The translations under genes and the position numbers were made by a program. A model generated the notes under the pieces. That model was not told the DNA's origin. It was given only the letters and a program-made list of their open reading frames with translations, and ran no database searches. From Lingula anatina (Eukaryota > Animalia > Brachiopoda), in NCBI GenBank assembly GCA_051362555.1, contig JBPQGU010000013.1:248001-312000 (forward strand): a stretch of 64,000 nucleotides of DNA, in the 5' to 3' direction. Shown in pieces: positions 62,569-64,000 of this stretch. The first letter of the stretch is position 1, and each line of letters begins with the position of its first letter.

Positions 62569-63581
62569 TTTGTTGTTTTGTTTTCAAAACTGTTCACTGT
62601 ACAAAGTTTAAGAGAGCAAATCAGAACAAAAACTGTACATACCTTTTTGGTGGAGTCCATCTTCAAGACGGATCCAAAGGTGGAGGTCACCTTGGCTTTG
62701 ATCTCATCAAGCCTCAACAACACGTCACGGACCAGCACAGTTTGTAGCCATGCTGGCCCCGGGAGTCTTTCAAAGGGTAACGGCTGAAGAGGACTTGTTC
62801 TCTGCACAAGGGATGAGCTGGCAAACTTGTCTACAACTGAGAGGAAATTGGCTACCCTGCTTAGCCAATCCCTGGTGTGCTGCTCACACAGTTGCTTACT
62901 CAGCCGAGTAGTGCTGTTCCCAAGAGATCGCTCTCTCAGGAGAGAAACTACCCGGGTAGAGCAAGAGTACCTGCAACAAAGAATCAAGAACAGAATAAGT
63001 TATAAATGTAAAGACAGAGTTATTTTGTCCGCTGAAATAGATTTTCAAATGAACTGATATTAAATGCAAGAATTCCATAAATTAAAAAAAGAAAAAAAAA
63101 GAAAAGTTTTGAAATTACCTGTATGTGAGCAGTGCTGGAAATTTCCCCCTTGTCGCCACGTCCAGCTGTTGGAGGATTTCCCCACTCCAACCCGCATACT
63201 TCTTGTGACAGGCGCCGCACTCCAGGTACTCAGTGCCCATGTAAAAGTAGCCATCGATGTCAAGGACGCGGCGGACAGTCTTGAAGAAACCGCAGGATGT
63301 TAACTGGCGACCCTTGCATGATGGCACAGAGCAAGACAGCTGAGCCCTGAACATGCGGCGTGGCATCCAGAGGAAGAAGGGGTGGGTGAAGAAAGGCCCT
63401 GCTGTTCTAGGGGGCTGGGCGTGGACCAGTCTGGGTGATGGTGGGTGCCACCACAGCTGCAGCTCTTGCTTCAGTTGGCCCCGGCGGGTGGTAAACAAGG
63501 CACGGGAAACCCACTGTGCTTCATGTGGTGGCAGGCTGGCCTTCCATGACAGAGGGATCAGATCAGTGTCATCCACGGGCA
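59113..63581 (-). CDS. Dada-type transposase, copy 3, exons 6-13 (5' exons are outside the window)
   Basis: Exon translations are identical to copy 2 (for example the 271-aa ORF 61614-62429 and the 188-aa ORF 59113-59679). Splice sites are retained and no frameshifts were seen. Confidence 0.82.
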
Positions 63582-64000
63582 CTGGAACAAGTGAAGAGCA
63601 ATAAGTACAAAATAATAGAGGGGGAAACCTGAAATAAAAGAAAATCATGAACATATATCACACTTTACAAGAGCTGACATACTTTCTCATTACTTTTAAA
63701 AATTACTCATTCTTACTTATCATGTATCTTCTGCATTGGAGGTTATTAAAAGTAACAGATTAATCACTGCTTGGACTTTGTTTACTTTATGGTCAATAGT
63801 TATCATTTAAATACATCCTCATATCTTTAACCTTATCACCCACAAACAAAAAAAAGTTATTGCATGTTCAGCTCTTTTATGCTAATCTACAGGCAATACA
63901 AACACCAACCACCTCACAGTAAGGAACCCACAGTAATGCAGAAAAAAAAAAAAAGGAAAGCGAAAAAGCGAAAAAGAAAACAAAACCAAAGTGCTGCTGC

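Larger units (their letters stand above)
57574..64000 (-). mobile_element. Dada-U6-type transposon, copy 3, running off the right window edge
   Basis: Colinear with copy 2 at an offset of 9014 falling to 9005-9003; translated exons in the ORF track are identical. Confidence 0.88.

Noticed and set aside
43645-63604. Plus-strand ORFs within the transposon
   Set aside because: They are antisense shadows of GC-rich exons or low-complexity intron and terminal sequence, with no independent domain or splice structure.

Overview
This is eukaryotic DNA (spliceosomal introns; probably an animal, plausibly a fish, but the host cannot be fixed from the sequence) with two parts. (1) 1-43706 is about 121 head-to-tail copies of a 362-bp AT-rich satellite, partitioned into blocks by diagnostic variants. 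(2) 43707-64000 is a head-to-tail array of a ~9.0-kb DNA transposon: one copy truncated by the satellite, one full-length copy, and one cut by the window edge. The full copy encodes an apparently intact 13-exon, ~1363-aa DDE transposase on the minus strand (KMDSTKK / YVDRDCC / DxxH / ESFH). Copies are separated by a single GCGCAA, with a 9-bp subterminal inverted repeat exactly 15 nt from it on each side, and the junction matches the U6 snRNA ACAGAGA-ISL region at 27/31 nt. These features identify a U6-targeting Dada element whose own end recreates its target. The least explained signal is an array of 10 CUGGA-pentaloop hairpins, with a compensatory base-pair change, in the predicted transposase 3' UTR. 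It matches the CNGGN element bound by SAM-domain RNA-binding proteins (Smaug/SAMD4, ZCCHC14-TENT4). Alignments and exon coordinates were derived by hand; family and motif comparisons rely on recalled consensus sequences, not database searches.
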